Shown: in pieces, positions 63,201 through 64,000 of the stretch | Numbering within the stretch: the stretch's first letter is position 1 | Layout of the letters: every line of letters begins with the position of its first letter | DNA from: the human T2T-CHM13v2.0 reference genome, Homo sapiens | DNA: 64,000 nt | Reading direction: 5' to 3' (one strand) | Assembly (NCBI RefSeq): GCF_009914755.1 | Contig: NC_060947.1 | Notes under the pieces: generated by a model | Databases searched by the model: none | What the model saw: the letters and a program-made list of their open reading frames with translations, nothing else | What the model was told of the DNA's origin: nothing | Translations under genes and position numbers: made by a program

Positions 63201-64000
63201 TACAAATTTCAACATCTGAGTAATTTCACAGCTGGTTTTCATTAATTTTCTTTTCTTTTGAATATAGGTGAAATTTTCCTGATCTTCATAAGTTTAATAA
63301 TTTTTATCCTGCATATCATGAGTAATACATTGTGGAGATTGACTATATTTTTCTGAAGATTGATATATTTTTGCTTTATTAGCCAGTTAACTCACACTCT
63401 AAACTTTGTCACCCTTGTAATGGCAGCAACTGAAATCTCTCTCTAGTTCTTTTAGGCTGCTCATTATCTGTTCTGTTCATGCATAATTCGGCAGTCAGAG
63501 CTTTGGGCAGAGTTTATGTGTGGAATTTGGTGTTTCCACTCTCTGTCTCCTGACTGGGATTTCTCCCCTCACTTCCAACTCTTTATGGTAGCCTCAAAAG
63601 CTGTCCTATGATTCTTCAGCCTAGTAAGACTGCCATTTCTATTTGAGTTCTAGCCAGCCAAAGTACCAGTTGAAGCCTGCCTTCAGGTGAAAATCCAAGA
63701 AAAAGGGAGTTACTCATCTAGTGCCGTTTCCTTCCTTTAAGTGTGAACTTTTCCTTTGGTTTTGCCTGATTTTGGTCTCTCTCCAGTGCCATCTGGTAGT
63801 TGACTTTTATATTTTATCCAGAATGTGAAGCTGTGTGTGGAATGTCACTCCAAATATTGTCAGAGGCAAAACTTCTACTCAACACTATTAAAGATAAACT
63901 CAAGTTACTTTTTTACACATCGTTTATAATTGCTAATTAATGTACTACTATAAGCATCCATTGTATTTTGCTTCTACTTGTCTAGTGACAGACACTTAGG

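Overview
Primate (most likely human) X-chromosome DNA lying entirely inside the KDM6A (UTX) gene on the + strand. Four short coding exons (25812-25870, 35461-35581, 49784-49838, 52508-52542; probably exons 5-8) have canonical AG/GT ends and splice into one open 270-nt frame encoding TPR-region peptide [90 protein letters not shown]. The ORF track misses all four. The rest is intron filled with transposons: an antisense L1PA with intact 5' end, a 7.6-kb defective LTR10/HERV-IP provirus inserted into an Alu, a solo LTR10, an LTR1-family solo LTR, a MER41B with tandem GAS sites, half of an HSMAR2 mariner, a full-length ~3-kb antisense SVA, about 30 Alus and older relics. No new protein-coding system is supported. 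The best leads are regulatory or structural: a cluster of AP-1 and STAT motif-bearing ERV LTRs upstream of exon 5, a 42-bp MIR-derived pre-miRNA-like hairpin, an L1 antisense promoter facing into KDM6A, an SVA with a heptamer head and long VNTR next to a young 28-bp minisatellite, and several fossil rearrangement scars. Repeat subfamily names, exon numbers and literature links come from recall, not from searches. Repeat boundaries are approximate unless a TSD is quoted.
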